Source: Erysipelothrix inopinata (GTDB lineage: Bacteria; Bacillota_I; Bacilli_A; Erysipelotrichales; Erysipelotrichaceae). From it: a DNA stretch of 32,000 bases. The stretch lies in the NCBI RefSeq assembly GCF_014396165.1, contig NZ_CP060715.1, positions 990,001 to 1,022,000 of the forward strand. Reading direction: 5' to 3'. Under the pieces are notes generated by a model. The model saw only the letters and a program-made list of their open reading frames with translations, had not been told where the DNA came from and searched no databases. The translations under genes were made by a program, and so were the position numbers. This document shows, piece after piece, positions 8,801-16,550 of this stretch (position 1 is the first letter of the stretch; every line of letters begins with the position of its first letter).

Positions 8801-11329
8801 CGTTGGGTAGAAGGAACTCCAGTTAACATGACTAACTCCAAAGGTAAAAACTTTGACTGGACTCCAGAAATGATGGTAGAACTTGTTAATGATGCTAATG
8901 ATAAAGTAGTGATTGAAAGAAAATCAAATGACTACAAGAATAATCGTGAAAACTATCGTTCACGTACTATGAAACTTAATGACCGTTTAATCTTAGATGG
9001 TGATAAATATCTTCTACCTTGGAACTGGGATGAAAATGGAAATCCTATTACAGGTGATCAAGAAAAACTTTACCACTTCAACAAAAAAGGTGGAACATCA
9101 ACTTGGGAGATTCCAAGTGATTGGAACGTATCAGACGTTAAGTTCTATCAATTAACTGAAACTGGTAATAAATTAATTGATACTGTTGCAGTAGAAAATG
9201 GAAAAATAACTTTAGATGCAAAAGCAGATATTCCTTACGTAATCTATAAGGGTGAGCAAGCAGAAAAAGTTGTAACTTACGGAAATGGTGCGCATATTGT
9301 CGATCCTGGATTTAACCGTCAAAACCTTGATGCATGGAATGTGACAGGTGAAAATGCTGAAGTTATGAAGTCACAAGCAACTAATGACATGTTACGAATT
9401 CAAGACAATACAGAAACTACAAAAGTTAGCCAAACACTTACAGATTTAGATGCTGGTGAAACATATGTAGCTTATGTTGGTGTTGATAACCGTTCCGACG
9501 CTAAAGCAATTCTTGAACTAAGTGTCGATGGCGAAATTATTTCTAACTATACAGAAAAATCAATTGCGAAAAACTATGTTAAAGCGTATGCTCACAATAC
9601 AAACTCATCGACAGTAAATAATAACAGTTACTTCCAAAATATGTTTGTATACTTTACAGCACCTGCAGATGGTAAAGAAGTGAAATTATCACTTATCCGT
9701 GAAGCAGGCGATGGCGCAACATACTTTGATGATGTTCGTGTCACAAAGAATAGTGGAAACCCACATATCGCAGACAATGTTTTCTTCCAAGACTTTGAAA
9801 ACAGTGCTCAAGGAATCTATCCATTCGTAGTAGGAAACCTTGAAGGTGTCGAAGACAACCGTACTCACTTATCAGAAAAACATGCTCCTTACACACAACG
9901 TGGTTGGAATAATAAAAAGATTTCTGATGTTATTGATGGCGATTGGTCATTGAAGACAAATGGTTTAACACAATACGAAAATCTTGTATACCAAACAATT
10001 CCTCAAAACATTCGTTTTGAAGCAGGAGAAACTTATAAAGTATCCTTTGATTATGAGGCAGGTTCAGAAGGAACTTACGCGGTCATGATTGGAGATGGAG
10101 AATTTACTGGAAATGAACAACAAATTCCTCTTGCTGCTACATTAAATGAAGAAGGTCCACAACGCTTTGAAATTGAAATAACAGGTGCAGAATCAGGTCA
10201 AACTTGGTTTGGTATCTATTCAACAGATGTTGCACCAAATCTTCAAGATTCAACAGATAAAGAAGCAAACTTTAGAAGTTATAAAGACGTGATGCTTGAT
10301 AATGTTCGTGTTGAAAGAAACTTGCCACCACATGAAGTTACATTAGATGATACAGACTTTGGAGTAAGTATTACCGGTCTATCAAATGTCATTGAAGAAA
10401 CTGATAAACTGGTTGTCACAGAAAATAAAGCACTTCAAGCCGAATTTGAAAATCAAATGGTTGATGCAGATGTTTATGATATTAATGTTGTACGAAATGA
10501 TGTTGTAGTAAATCCACTGAATGGTGAAGTTACCGTAACAATTCCAACACGTACAACCCGTCAATTCCTCTTCATGAAGGCAGCACAACCAATGACTGAA
10601 CTCCTCCACCGTCAAGCTGATGGCACATGGGTAACAGTTGAAGCAACTCAAGAAGGCAGTGCATTGACATTCAAGACTCAAGAATTGGGTACATTTGCAC
10701 TTAACTACGGTAAAAAAGTTGTTGCCGTAGATAAGACAAAACTTGAAAGTTTAATCAAAGATGCACAAAAACTTAAAGCAGGAAATTACACTGAAGTAAG
10801 TTGGGCTCAATTTGAAACAATCTTAACGAATGCAAAGAAATTGTTCGAAAATACAGATGTTACACAAGCTCAAGTTAATTCTATGATTCAAGATCTTACT
10901 ACAGCTATGAGTAAGCTTGAACTAATCGAACATAAAGATATCAATTATGACGCATTACAACTTGTTGTAGATACTTATAAAGATCTTAAGAAAGAAGACT
11001 ACACAGAAGAAAGTTGGACTGAGTTTGAAACTGTTCTTCAAAAAGCAATCGCAATGTTAGAAAACCAAGATGCAGAAAATCAAGATGAAGTTGATGCACT
11101 TGTAATTACTCTAAATGATGCTGCTGTTTCATTGGAGAAGGTTAAACCTATCGAACCGGAAGAACCTATCGAACCAGTTAAACCTGTTGATCCAAAAGAT
11201 CCATCGGATCCTAAACTACCTGGAACAGGTGTTGAATCACCAATGAGTATTATCGTAGTGGGTATTGCTGCAATCGCAATGGGATCATTATTTATTATTC
11301 TAAACAGACGTAAACGTCAATCTCATTAA
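5891..11329 (+). CDS. Cell-wall-anchored endo-alpha-N-acetylgalactosaminidase (GH101, O-glycanase) with accessory carbohydrate-binding-like and FIVAR domains
   Basis: 1812 aa, with GGAGG RBS (5880-5884) and signal peptide MKKFLTGFLALVIALTTMTTNPSKIYA. GH101 blocks are DGVVNWQDGAIAFRDIM, GYGSEGHDSGHLNYADIG and IGIHVNASE. In IYVDVWGNG...GGEWG the Asp-to-Glu spacing is 32 residues, as I recall for the pneumococcal GH101 nucleophile and acid/base. Two FIVAR-like repeats are present (YTEVSWAQFETILTNAKKLFEN; YTEESWTEFETVLQKAIAMLEN). A Pro-rich linker, LPGTG, a TM helix and RRKRQSH follow. Confidence 0.9.
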   Translation: MKKFLTGFLALVIALTTMTTNPSKIYADDAAEWQSISASKGTVKEVIKDGARYYELSSSDKNDNQGNPANNRFGVNLFYKDSNNFLTVAYDAGGWFWEYKVNGKGEWMQGGRVPGPALNSKNTLEVSLKDNLIHAWITGEDGNKTPLFTKAIDANIINQLQEKSEDIVVKLGTYGGELSKILVKADNQDDIVIPEPEFERPVLDTYEEYTFESNFEDLTEEKLKEMFTVEKGKVSTSIVEKDGNKSVRLDFQSKEKNLIVFRETPLLENYTFEADITVEKAEDAVKDMIRFGQVGRVQKSGEYGYAVMGDNPGEYFTENFGAKPAWSSTSKGTVLNPNEVHRWKTVVEGQTITLFIDGQQILSNTMDGLGKGLGAFGFFKDRGLGSVLVDNVKVTKITPERPVDPDNEGVVPVEIKSSDMTVRLDEAFPRVLDYTLTSGKKMDGQPTKIDTIKINNINIVPEVTSEKVSENSIKYYVKAVDAENKINANLTMLFEVKNNTLEFKITEVKNNNASQTTNAEIIRTIEIPNHSLVSVKSTEPTANVYGAKISTDTTVNGDTLTPVNDTLRSFNSNYMYAVISNDELSASMHSNSQFSTGGGSNDFVRLNARAKEFETFNSVGLSSSPWIYHRDVMFNEQTLELPEAKVVITEDANGDGVVNWQDGAIAFRDIMHSPIGAESVKDLVAYRIAMNFGSHAQNPFLMTLDGIKKINLHTDGLGQSVLLKGYGSEGHDSGHLNYADIGRRMGGVEEFKYLIDESVGYGAKIGIHVNASETYPESKYFNEMILRKSADGSYNYGWNWIDQGINIDAAIDLANGRRSRFEDLKNLVGDNLDWIYVDVWGNGQSGDNNAWASHQLAKEINDQGWRLGGEWGYAFEPDSTFQHWAADLTYGGYTLKGINSTLTRFIFNQQRDSWPADFPSYGGAAEYPLLGGYNMKDFEGWQGRNDYNGYIVNLFENNLSTKYIQHFNVNRWVEGTPVNMTNSKGKNFDWTPEMMVELVNDANDKVVIERKSNDYKNNRENYRSRTMKLNDRLILDGDKYLLPWNWDENGNPITGDQEKLYHFNKKGGTSTWEIPSDWNVSDVKFYQLTETGNKLIDTVAVENGKITLDAKADIPYVIYKGEQAEKVVTYGNGAHIVDPGFNRQNLDAWNVTGENAEVMKSQATNDMLRIQDNTETTKVSQTLTDLDAGETYVAYVGVDNRSDAKAILELSVDGEIISNYTEKSIAKNYVKAYAHNTNSSTVNNNSYFQNMFVYFTAPADGKEVKLSLIREAGDGATYFDDVRVTKNSGNPHIADNVFFQDFENSAQGIYPFVVGNLEGVEDNRTHLSEKHAPYTQRGWNNKKISDVIDGDWSLKTNGLTQYENLVYQTIPQNIRFEAGETYKVSFDYEAGSEGTYAVMIGDGEFTGNEQQIPLAATLNEEGPQRFEIEITGAESGQTWFGIYSTDVAPNLQDSTDKEANFRSYKDVMLDNVRVERNLPPHEVTLDDTDFGVSITGLSNVIEETDKLVVTENKALQAEFENQMVDADVYDINVVRNDVVVNPLNGEVTVTIPTRTTRQFLFMKAAQPMTELLHRQADGTWVTVEATQEGSALTFKTQELGTFALNYGKKVVAVDKTKLESLIKDAQKLKAGNYTEVSWAQFETILTNAKKLFENTDVTQAQVNSMIQDLTTAMSKLELIEHKDINYDALQLVVDTYKDLKKEDYTEESWTEFETVLQKAIAMLENQDAENQDEVDALVITLNDAAVSLEKVKPIEPEEPIEPVKPVDPKDPSDPKLPGTGVESPMSIIVVGIAAIAMGSLFIILNRRKRQSH

Positions 11330-11338
11330 TAAAAAAAG

Positions 11339-11365
11339 GACTTCACTCAATCTTTGAGTGAAGTC
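11339..11365. terminator. Bidirectional rho-independent terminator between convergent genes
   Basis: Perfect 12-bp arms GACTTCACTCAA (11339-11350) and TTGAGTGAAGTC (11354-11365) with a 3-nt loop. An A7 run lies upstream and a T-rich tract downstream. The stem overlaps the last codons of the minus-strand gene. Confidence 0.8.
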
Positions 11366-11901
11366 TTTACTTTATTTTCAGTTTCATGTGTATCTATGAT
11401 TTCTGCATCGATGATGGGATCTACAATCTCCTCGGGTTTGTTTTCTGTAAGAGAAGCAGTTTCAAGCGCTTCTTTTTCAATTTTGATTTCTTCTAATTTA
11501 GAATTAGCTTGGGATAGTTTTTCTTTTTGACGTTTTTTAGAGAGGTGTCCAAGGTAGACAATCCATCCCGCAACGTTTCCAGCAATGTTCACAACAATCC
11601 AGACAAAGATACCGGATTGAGTGGCGGTATCAATACCGTAAATCATCGTTGCATAATATAACGAGATAAAAGCAGCGATACTACCAATTCCGTAAAATAT
11701 ATTCAGTGCCCATGATCTAAATTGAAGAATAAAAAATAAATAAAGGCTAAACCCTAGAGACACTACAACTTGATTCAACAATGCATCGAACGTGAAATGA
11801 GCCCCTATAACTAAAAAGACTAAAATAACAAAGGTTAACATGCTGGCAAAAAACATTCCCAGACTGATAAATAGTGATTCTCGTAAGTGTTGTTTGTTCA
11901 T
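11347..11901 (-). CDS. Hypothetical integral membrane protein (about 4 TM) with a charged C-terminal tail
   Basis: 184 aa with an AGGAG-type RBS (aaaggagtctcattATG). Four hydrophobic segments are followed by KKRQKEKLSQANSKLEEIKIEKEALE... I recognise no family. Confidence 0.7.
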   Translation of the reverse strand: MNKQHLRESLFISLGMFFASMLTFVILVFLVIGAHFTFDALLNQVVVSLGFSLYLFFILQFRSWALNIFYGIGSIAAFISLYYATMIYGIDTATQSGIFVWIVVNIAGNVAGWIVYLGHLSKKRQKEKLSQANSKLEEIKIEKEALETASLTENKPEEIVDPIIDAEIIDTHETENKVKTSLKD

Positions 11902-11983
11902 AATGAGACTCCTTTAATAAAATATACCACATTTAGTTAAAAATGCATTCACTTTGATGTATTATAAGAGTAGAGGTGCAAAT

Positions 11984-12580
11984 ATGACACATAATTTAAA
12001 AATAGAGGGAATGGGCAAGGTTGTCGTCTCTCCAGACATGATGCGATTGAATTATGAGTTAGTTCAGACCGGTAACTCATATGCAGATGTATTTCATAGT
12101 CTCAAAAAGCAATATGCAATTGTAATTGAAGCATTTAAGAAGGTTGGCTTGAATACAGCATTCATCAAGACATCTTCAATTGATGTGGAAATGGATGAGG
12201 AATCAACAAAGAAAACTCAATTTAGAGCGAGACAACGTTTAATCTATGAAGATAGAGTTGATTTAAATCGCTTGACTCAACTTTTGGATGGCTTACAAGA
12301 AACAGATAACTTTAACTTTTCATTATCTTATTTTGTAAAAGATCCAACACCCCATCTCAATGATGCTTTAATTCTAGCAATCAATGAGTCAACAGATAAA
12401 TCAAAGATTATTGCGGAAAGTTCGGGAATACGTTTGGGACACATCACAAGCATTGAATATGCAAACAATAATTATGCTCCAGTGATGCATCGTGCAGTTG
12501 CAATGGACTCCTATGGAGAACTGAATGTCGATGATATCATCTTTACGCAAACCGTTACAATGTCATGGGAAATTAAGTAG
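11984..12580 (+). CDS. SIMPL/DUF541 family protein (YggE-like)
   Basis: LKIEGMGKVVVSPDMMRLNYELV is the characteristic SIMPL N-terminus. I prefer ATG 11984, which lies 5 nt after AGAGGTG (11972-11978), over the track's TTG at 11954. Confidence 0.7.
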   Translation: MTHNLKIEGMGKVVVSPDMMRLNYELVQTGNSYADVFHSLKKQYAIVIEAFKKVGLNTAFIKTSSIDVEMDEESTKKTQFRARQRLIYEDRVDLNRLTQLLDGLQETDNFNFSLSYFVKDPTPHLNDALILAINESTDKSKIIAESSGIRLGHITSIEYANNNYAPVMHRAVAMDSYGELNVDDIIFTQTVTMSWEIK

Positions 12581-12607
12581 GCTATCATAAGATAGCCTTT
12601 TCTTTTG
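12579..12607 (+). terminator. Rho-independent terminator after the SIMPL gene
   Basis: AGGCTATC (12579-12586), loop ATAA, GATAGCCT (12591-12598), then TTTTCTTTT. Confidence 0.75.
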
Positions 12608-12614
12608 GAACTCT

Positions 12615-12628
12615 TGGGAAATTTCCCA
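12615..12628. promoter_or_regulatory. Perfect 14-bp palindrome TGGGAAATTTCCCA, candidate operator upstream of the PTS EIIC gene
   Basis: The sequence is self-complementary when read directly. It lies 33-46 nt upstream of a TATAAT box (12661-12666), i.e. over the expected -35 region, and no good -35 hexamer is present. Confidence 0.4.
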
Positions 12629-12676
12629 GAAGAATGAATGGATATCTATGAGGGTTGATTTATAATCTTAGTGTAA

Positions 12677-12695
12677 CCGATATCAAGAATATCGG
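12677..12695 (+). promoter_or_regulatory. Inverted repeat CCGATAT-caaga-ATATCGG in the 5' leader of the PTS EIIC gene
   Basis: 7-bp arms with a 5-nt spacer, located between the TATAAT box and the AGGAGG RBS (12698-12703). No T-run follows, so it is not a terminator. It could be an operator or a leader RNA hairpin. Confidence 0.3.
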
Positions 12696-12709
12696 ATTAG
12701 GAGGAAAAA

Positions 12710-13996
12710 ATGGATCGTTTTATTCAATTTATTGAAGAAAAAATGGTGCCACGTGTTTCTAAAGTAACAAACACACGTTACTTTGGAGCATTGAAATCAG
12801 GATTTATGGTGATTATGCCACTTACAATCATTGGATCAATATTCTTATTGATTACTGATTTCCCATTACCAGGATATGCAGAGTTTATGGCAGGTATCTT
12901 TGGAGCAGATTGGACATCATATTTGGATTCAGCTTATCGTGCAACATTTAATCTTATGGGGCTTCTTCTTGCAGGAACATTAGCGTATCGACTTGCAGAA
13001 GATTATAAATTAGATGCGTTATCAACCATGGTATTATCATTGGTTGCATATGTTGTGGTATTACCTAAATCTGTATTAACAGAAGGGGGCGAAACTGTAG
13101 GGCGAGTCCTATCGTTTACATGGCTTGGAACTCAAGGCGTTATCACAGCAATTATCATGGCATTTGTTACTGTTGAAATTGTGAGACTGTGTGTTCAAAA
13201 GAATTTAACAATTAAAATGCCAGATTCAGTTCCATCAATGGTTTCCCAATCATTCAGTGCATTAATTCCAGGTTTAGTAGTTGTTATCGTAAGTTTACTA
13301 TTAAGTGGATTATCACGAATTGTAGCGGGTTCATTCCCAGAATTAATTTATCAAATTATTCAAATACCACTTGAAGGACTTACGTCTTCACTTGGAGCAA
13401 TTCTTGTGGTTGCTGGATTGAATGGCTTCTTATGGTGGTTTGGGATTCACCCAACAGTTGTGAACTCAATTGTGAATCCGCTTCTCAATGCAAACTCAGT
13501 TAAAAACTTTGAACTATTCCAAGCAAACAATCTGACAATGCAAACCGGTAATGTAGGTACCATTCAAATGATTGATCAATTTGCTACGATTGGTGGTGCA
13601 GGACTTACTTTAGGTCTTGTAATTGCTATGATCTTTGTCGCAAAATCATCACGTCTAAAAACAATGACAAAGTTAATCGGAGTTCCATCAATTTTTAATA
13701 TTAATGAACCAATTATCTTTGGTCTCCCAGTTGTCTTTAATCCATTGATGTTAATTCCAGTCACAATTGCGCCAATGGTATCCGTACTGATTGCATACTT
13801 CGCTATGAAGATTGGATTTATGCCAATGTTCAATGGTGTTATGGCACCATGGCCTACACCACCCATTTTCTCAGGATTTTTAGTAGCAGGATGGCAAGGT
13901 GCTGTAGTACAAGTTATATGTATTGCTGCCGCAACGATAATTTATTATCCATTTGTAAAAGCACTGGATAATCAATACTTAAAAGAAGAGAAATAA
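12710..13996 (+). CDS. PTS sugar transporter subunit EIIC (lactose/cellobiose/chitobiose family)
   Basis: 428 aa and polytopic. The N-terminus FIEEKMVPRVSKVTNTRYFGALKSGFMVIMPLTIIGSIFLLI and the later FLWWFGIHP / NINEPIIFGLP blocks are typical of Lac/Cel-family EIIC. No EIIA or EIIB gene is adjacent. Confidence 0.88.
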   Translation: MDRFIQFIEEKMVPRVSKVTNTRYFGALKSGFMVIMPLTIIGSIFLLITDFPLPGYAEFMAGIFGADWTSYLDSAYRATFNLMGLLLAGTLAYRLAEDYKLDALSTMVLSLVAYVVVLPKSVLTEGGETVGRVLSFTWLGTQGVITAIIMAFVTVEIVRLCVQKNLTIKMPDSVPSMVSQSFSALIPGLVVVIVSLLLSGLSRIVAGSFPELIYQIIQIPLEGLTSSLGAILVVAGLNGFLWWFGIHPTVVNSIVNPLLNANSVKNFELFQANNLTMQTGNVGTIQMIDQFATIGGAGLTLGLVIAMIFVAKSSRLKTMTKLIGVPSIFNINEPIIFGLPVVFNPLMLIPVTIAPMVSVLIAYFAMKIGFMPMFNGVMAPWPTPPIFSGFLVAGWQGAVVQVICIAAATIIYYPFVKALDNQYLKEEK

Positions 13997-14015
13997 TAAT
14001 TATTAAATAAAAAAA

Positions 14016-14024
14016 TGATATAAT
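14016..14024 (+). promoter_or_regulatory. Extended -10 element TGaTATAAT, possible internal promoter for rpiR-like/patB-like/ridA genes
   Basis: TGATATAAT read directly in the 50-nt gap between the EIIC gene and the regulator gene. No -35 was evaluated. Confidence 0.35.
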
Positions 14025-14046
14025 TCAAGAGAACGGAGGCGTTGTT

Positions 14047-14832
14047 GTGAGTTTAAGAAAACAAATCTCGCTTCATGCTCATACTTTGACAGAAATGGAG
14101 AAACAATTTCTCCGAAATCTCTTGGAAAATGCAAAAGAGTTTGAACCAAAGTCATTCACAATTGAAAATTTAGCGGAATACTTTAATGTTTCAAAAACAA
14201 GTGTCCATCGCTTCACACAAAAATTAGGTTATGACAGTTTTATCTATTTTCGAGATGATTTCTTTAGAAAAGATGACTCGCATGAAATGAAAGAAAAATG
14301 GGATGACCAATACGTAGAGATGTTGCAACATACATATGAATTGGTATCTTCCAGTATTACGGATAACTTACTTCAAAAAATGATTCATGCTAATCGTATT
14401 ACATTCTATGGAATGGGTATGAGTAATTATTTGGGTAAGATGTTTCAGATTAAATTACAGTTATACGGTAAAATCGTAGAACAGTATGATGATTCGAGAT
14501 ACATGAGACTTTCAGCTAAAAACTTAGTGAAGGGGGAAGATCTCGTTTTTGTCATTTCTCGAACTGGAAGACCTCCTGAAATTGTGGAAGCAATTGTTGA
14601 AGCAAGTTTACGTAACATTGATATTGTGTTAATAACTGAGGAACCTATTTCACCCTTAGGTTCTCTAGCGACAGACATTATTCAAACTTCTTTTAGTCAA
14701 GATTCTGATCAATCAATTGATACAAGAATCAATGCACATATTGCATTGGATATCTTGATGAATCGATTTATAGAATTCAAAGAGAAAGAAGCTTTAGATT
14801 ATGAAAGAAACGATAGCGATCTTGAATCGTGA
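14047..14832 (+). CDS. MurR/RpiR family transcriptional regulator (HTH_6 + SIS domain)
   Basis: GTG start 7 nt after GGAGG (14035-14039). HTH segment FTIENLAEYFNVSKTSVHRFTQKLGYDSF. SIS-like segment ITFYGMGMSNYLGKMFQIKLQLYGK ... LVFVISRTGRPPEIV. Confidence 0.85.
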   Translation: MSLRKQISLHAHTLTEMEKQFLRNLLENAKEFEPKSFTIENLAEYFNVSKTSVHRFTQKLGYDSFIYFRDDFFRKDDSHEMKEKWDDQYVEMLQHTYELVSSSITDNLLQKMIHANRITFYGMGMSNYLGKMFQIKLQLYGKIVEQYDDSRYMRLSAKNLVKGEDLVFVISRTGRPPEIVEAIVEASLRNIDIVLITEEPISPLGSLATDIIQTSFSQDSDQSIDTRINAHIALDILMNRFIEFKEKEALDYERNDSDLES

Positions 14833-15976
14833 AACTAATGGATCAAAAAAATGGAATCGAGAGTATATAAGTCATCGTTTTAAATTAAAAGATGATGTCA
14901 CCATCTACCCGTTATTCATTGCGGATATGGATTATCGCCATTCTGATCAATTATTGGAAGAAATAAAAGCAGTTGTAGCAGACGATGATTTTGGATATTT
15001 TGATTTACAACCTGCTTATTATCAAAGTATTCAGGATTGGTATCGAAACATCCACGATATAGATATCAATGAAGATTGGATCATTGCTGCCAATGGGACC
15101 ATAGCGGCGCTACATATGGCGGCACACTGTTTATCGAAAGATGACAACTACTTAATGCTAACGCCCGTCTATGGGGTGTTTAAAGCCCTCGCAGACGGTT
15201 TTGGAACACGATATGAAATGCCTTTAGGTACCGATGAAGAAAATCAATACTTTATAGATTTTAATCTATTCGAATCAATGATTGTGGAAAATCAAATTGG
15301 AACACTCTTATTCTGTAATCCACATAACCCATCAGGAAAAGTATGGTGCTATGAGGATCTCAAGATAATTGTAGAGATTTGTAAGAAATACGATGTAAAA
15401 ATATTTTCGGATGAAATTCATGCGGATTTTACGTGGAATAAACCCTTTGTGTCCCTCGTTGAATTCCAGGATATCTATGATAAAATACTTGTAAGCACCT
15501 CACCCAATAAATCTTTTAATACATCGGGTCTCACAACGTCGTACTTATTGTGTCCTTTCAAACCATGGAGAGATAAAATTGAGGAAACACTTAAGCTATT
15601 CCATATTTCCGTAAATCGAATGGGAGCAGAAGTATCACGTATTGTTTATGAATCTGGTGAAGTTTGGTTAAATGATATTAAAGAGATTATTTGGAATAAC
15701 ATAACCTTTGTATCTGATATTTGTCATGATGCAGGTTTAAAAGTAATTGTACCGGAGTCAGGATACCTTGTTTGGATATCGGGAAAAAAACTAAAAGATG
15801 TCGATGCCTATGTGCAAGACTTATCTTATGAAACAGGTGTATTACTTGAAACAGGAAGTCGTTTTATTGGCAACTATGATTCTCACTTGCGAATTAATGT
15901 CGCAACAGATTCAAAAATGCTGAAAGAAGCCATGATTCTATTTACGAATCATTATAAGAACTATAAAGGAGAGTAA
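14801..15976 (+). CDS. PLP-dependent aminotransferase class I/II, PatB/MalY-type cystathionine beta-lyase (C-S lyase)
   Basis: 391 aa. Family hallmarks are N-terminal GSKKWN, LLFCNPHNPSGKVW, IFSDEIHADF and the PLP-lysine region STSPNKSFNTSGL. The start is uncertain, because ATG 14801 overlaps the regulator gene by 32 nt. Confidence 0.8.
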   Translation: MKETIAILNRETNGSKKWNREYISHRFKLKDDVTIYPLFIADMDYRHSDQLLEEIKAVVADDDFGYFDLQPAYYQSIQDWYRNIHDIDINEDWIIAANGTIAALHMAAHCLSKDDNYLMLTPVYGVFKALADGFGTRYEMPLGTDEENQYFIDFNLFESMIVENQIGTLLFCNPHNPSGKVWCYEDLKIIVEICKKYDVKIFSDEIHADFTWNKPFVSLVEFQDIYDKILVSTSPNKSFNTSGLTTSYLLCPFKPWRDKIEETLKLFHISVNRMGAEVSRIVYESGEVWLNDIKEIIWNNITFVSDICHDAGLKVIVPESGYLVWISGKKLKDVDAYVQDLSYETGVLLETGSRFIGNYDSHLRINVATDSKMLKEAMILFTNHYKNYKGE

Positions 15977-15977
15977 G

Positions 15978-16352
15978 ATGAAAAAAGTACATAATACAGA
16001 TAAAGCACCAAAAGCAATCGGACCTTACGTTCAAGCCGTTGAAGCAAATGGTTTTATTTTCACATCAGGACAACTTGGATTAAATCCTGAAACGGGAACA
16101 CTGCAAGAAGGCATTGAAGCACAAGCACATCAAGTTATGAAAAATCTACAATCTGTTTTAGAGAATGCCGGAAGTGACTTTTCTAAAGTAGTAAAGACAA
16201 CAATCTTGTTGTCAGATATTGCTGATTTCGCGACAGTTAATGAAATCTATGGAAGCTACTTTGGTGGTGAATTCCCTGCACGATCAGCGTATCAAGTTGC
16301 AACGCTACCTCTTGGTGGACTCATCGAAATTGAATTAATCGCACTAGCGTAA
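15978..16352 (+). CDS. ridA: RidA/YjgF/TdcF family reactive enamine/imine deaminase
   Basis: 124 aa. APKAIGPYVQAV..GFIFTSGQLGLNPETG ... KTTILLSDIADFATVNEIY ... PARSAYQVATLPLGGLIEIELIA is the canonical RidA pattern. The ATG lies 1 nt after the lyase stop codon. Confidence 0.9.
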   Translation: MKKVHNTDKAPKAIGPYVQAVEANGFIFTSGQLGLNPETGTLQEGIEAQAHQVMKNLQSVLENAGSDFSKVVKTTILLSDIADFATVNEIYGSYFGGEFPARSAYQVATLPLGGLIEIELIALA

Positions 16353-16400
16353 CGTGAGAACCATGTGATATTGGTACTAAGATTTTAAATGCTATACTCC

Positions 16401-16437
16401 AAAAACTCCATCATTACTAAAGACTGGAGTTTTTTTA
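16401..16437 (+). terminator. Rho-independent terminator after ridA
   Basis: AAAAACTCCA (16401-16410) pairs with TGGAGTTTTT (16425-16434). A T7 tail follows. Confidence 0.75.
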
Positions 16438-16550
16438 CAGAAAAATTTTTTGATGGAATTTTCATTTGAATATCACAATAGGAAGAGTCTGAAATGGTAG
16501 TTTAAATTAGTAAGCGTGAAATCGCTAAATATATTATTGGAAGGAATAGT

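Noticed and set aside
10382-10681. 99-aa Cys-rich antisense ORF within the GH101 gene.
   Set aside because: It is antisense to a clearly coding region, and its cysteine richness is a by-product of the opposite-strand codons. It has no RBS.
10720-11110. Repeated segments near the 3' end of the GH101 gene.
   Set aside because: They are explained by two FIVAR-type helical domains within the ORF and are not an independent repeat element.
11954-11983. TTG start (11954) for the SIMPL gene, as in the ORF track.
   Set aside because: ATG 11984 has a properly spaced AGAGGTG RBS, and the conserved SIMPL N-terminus begins there. The 10 extra codons have no support.
12615-12628. Interpreting the TGGGAAATTTCCCA palindrome as a CcpA cre site.
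   Set aside because: The cre consensus (WTGNAANCGNWNNCW) requires a central CG and has different half-sites, and this sequence does not fit it. I kept it as a generic operator candidate instead.
13576-14678. Antisense ORFs in the PTS EIIC (13576-13866) and RpiR (14445-14678) genes.
   Set aside because: These are shadow ORFs opposite well-supported genes.
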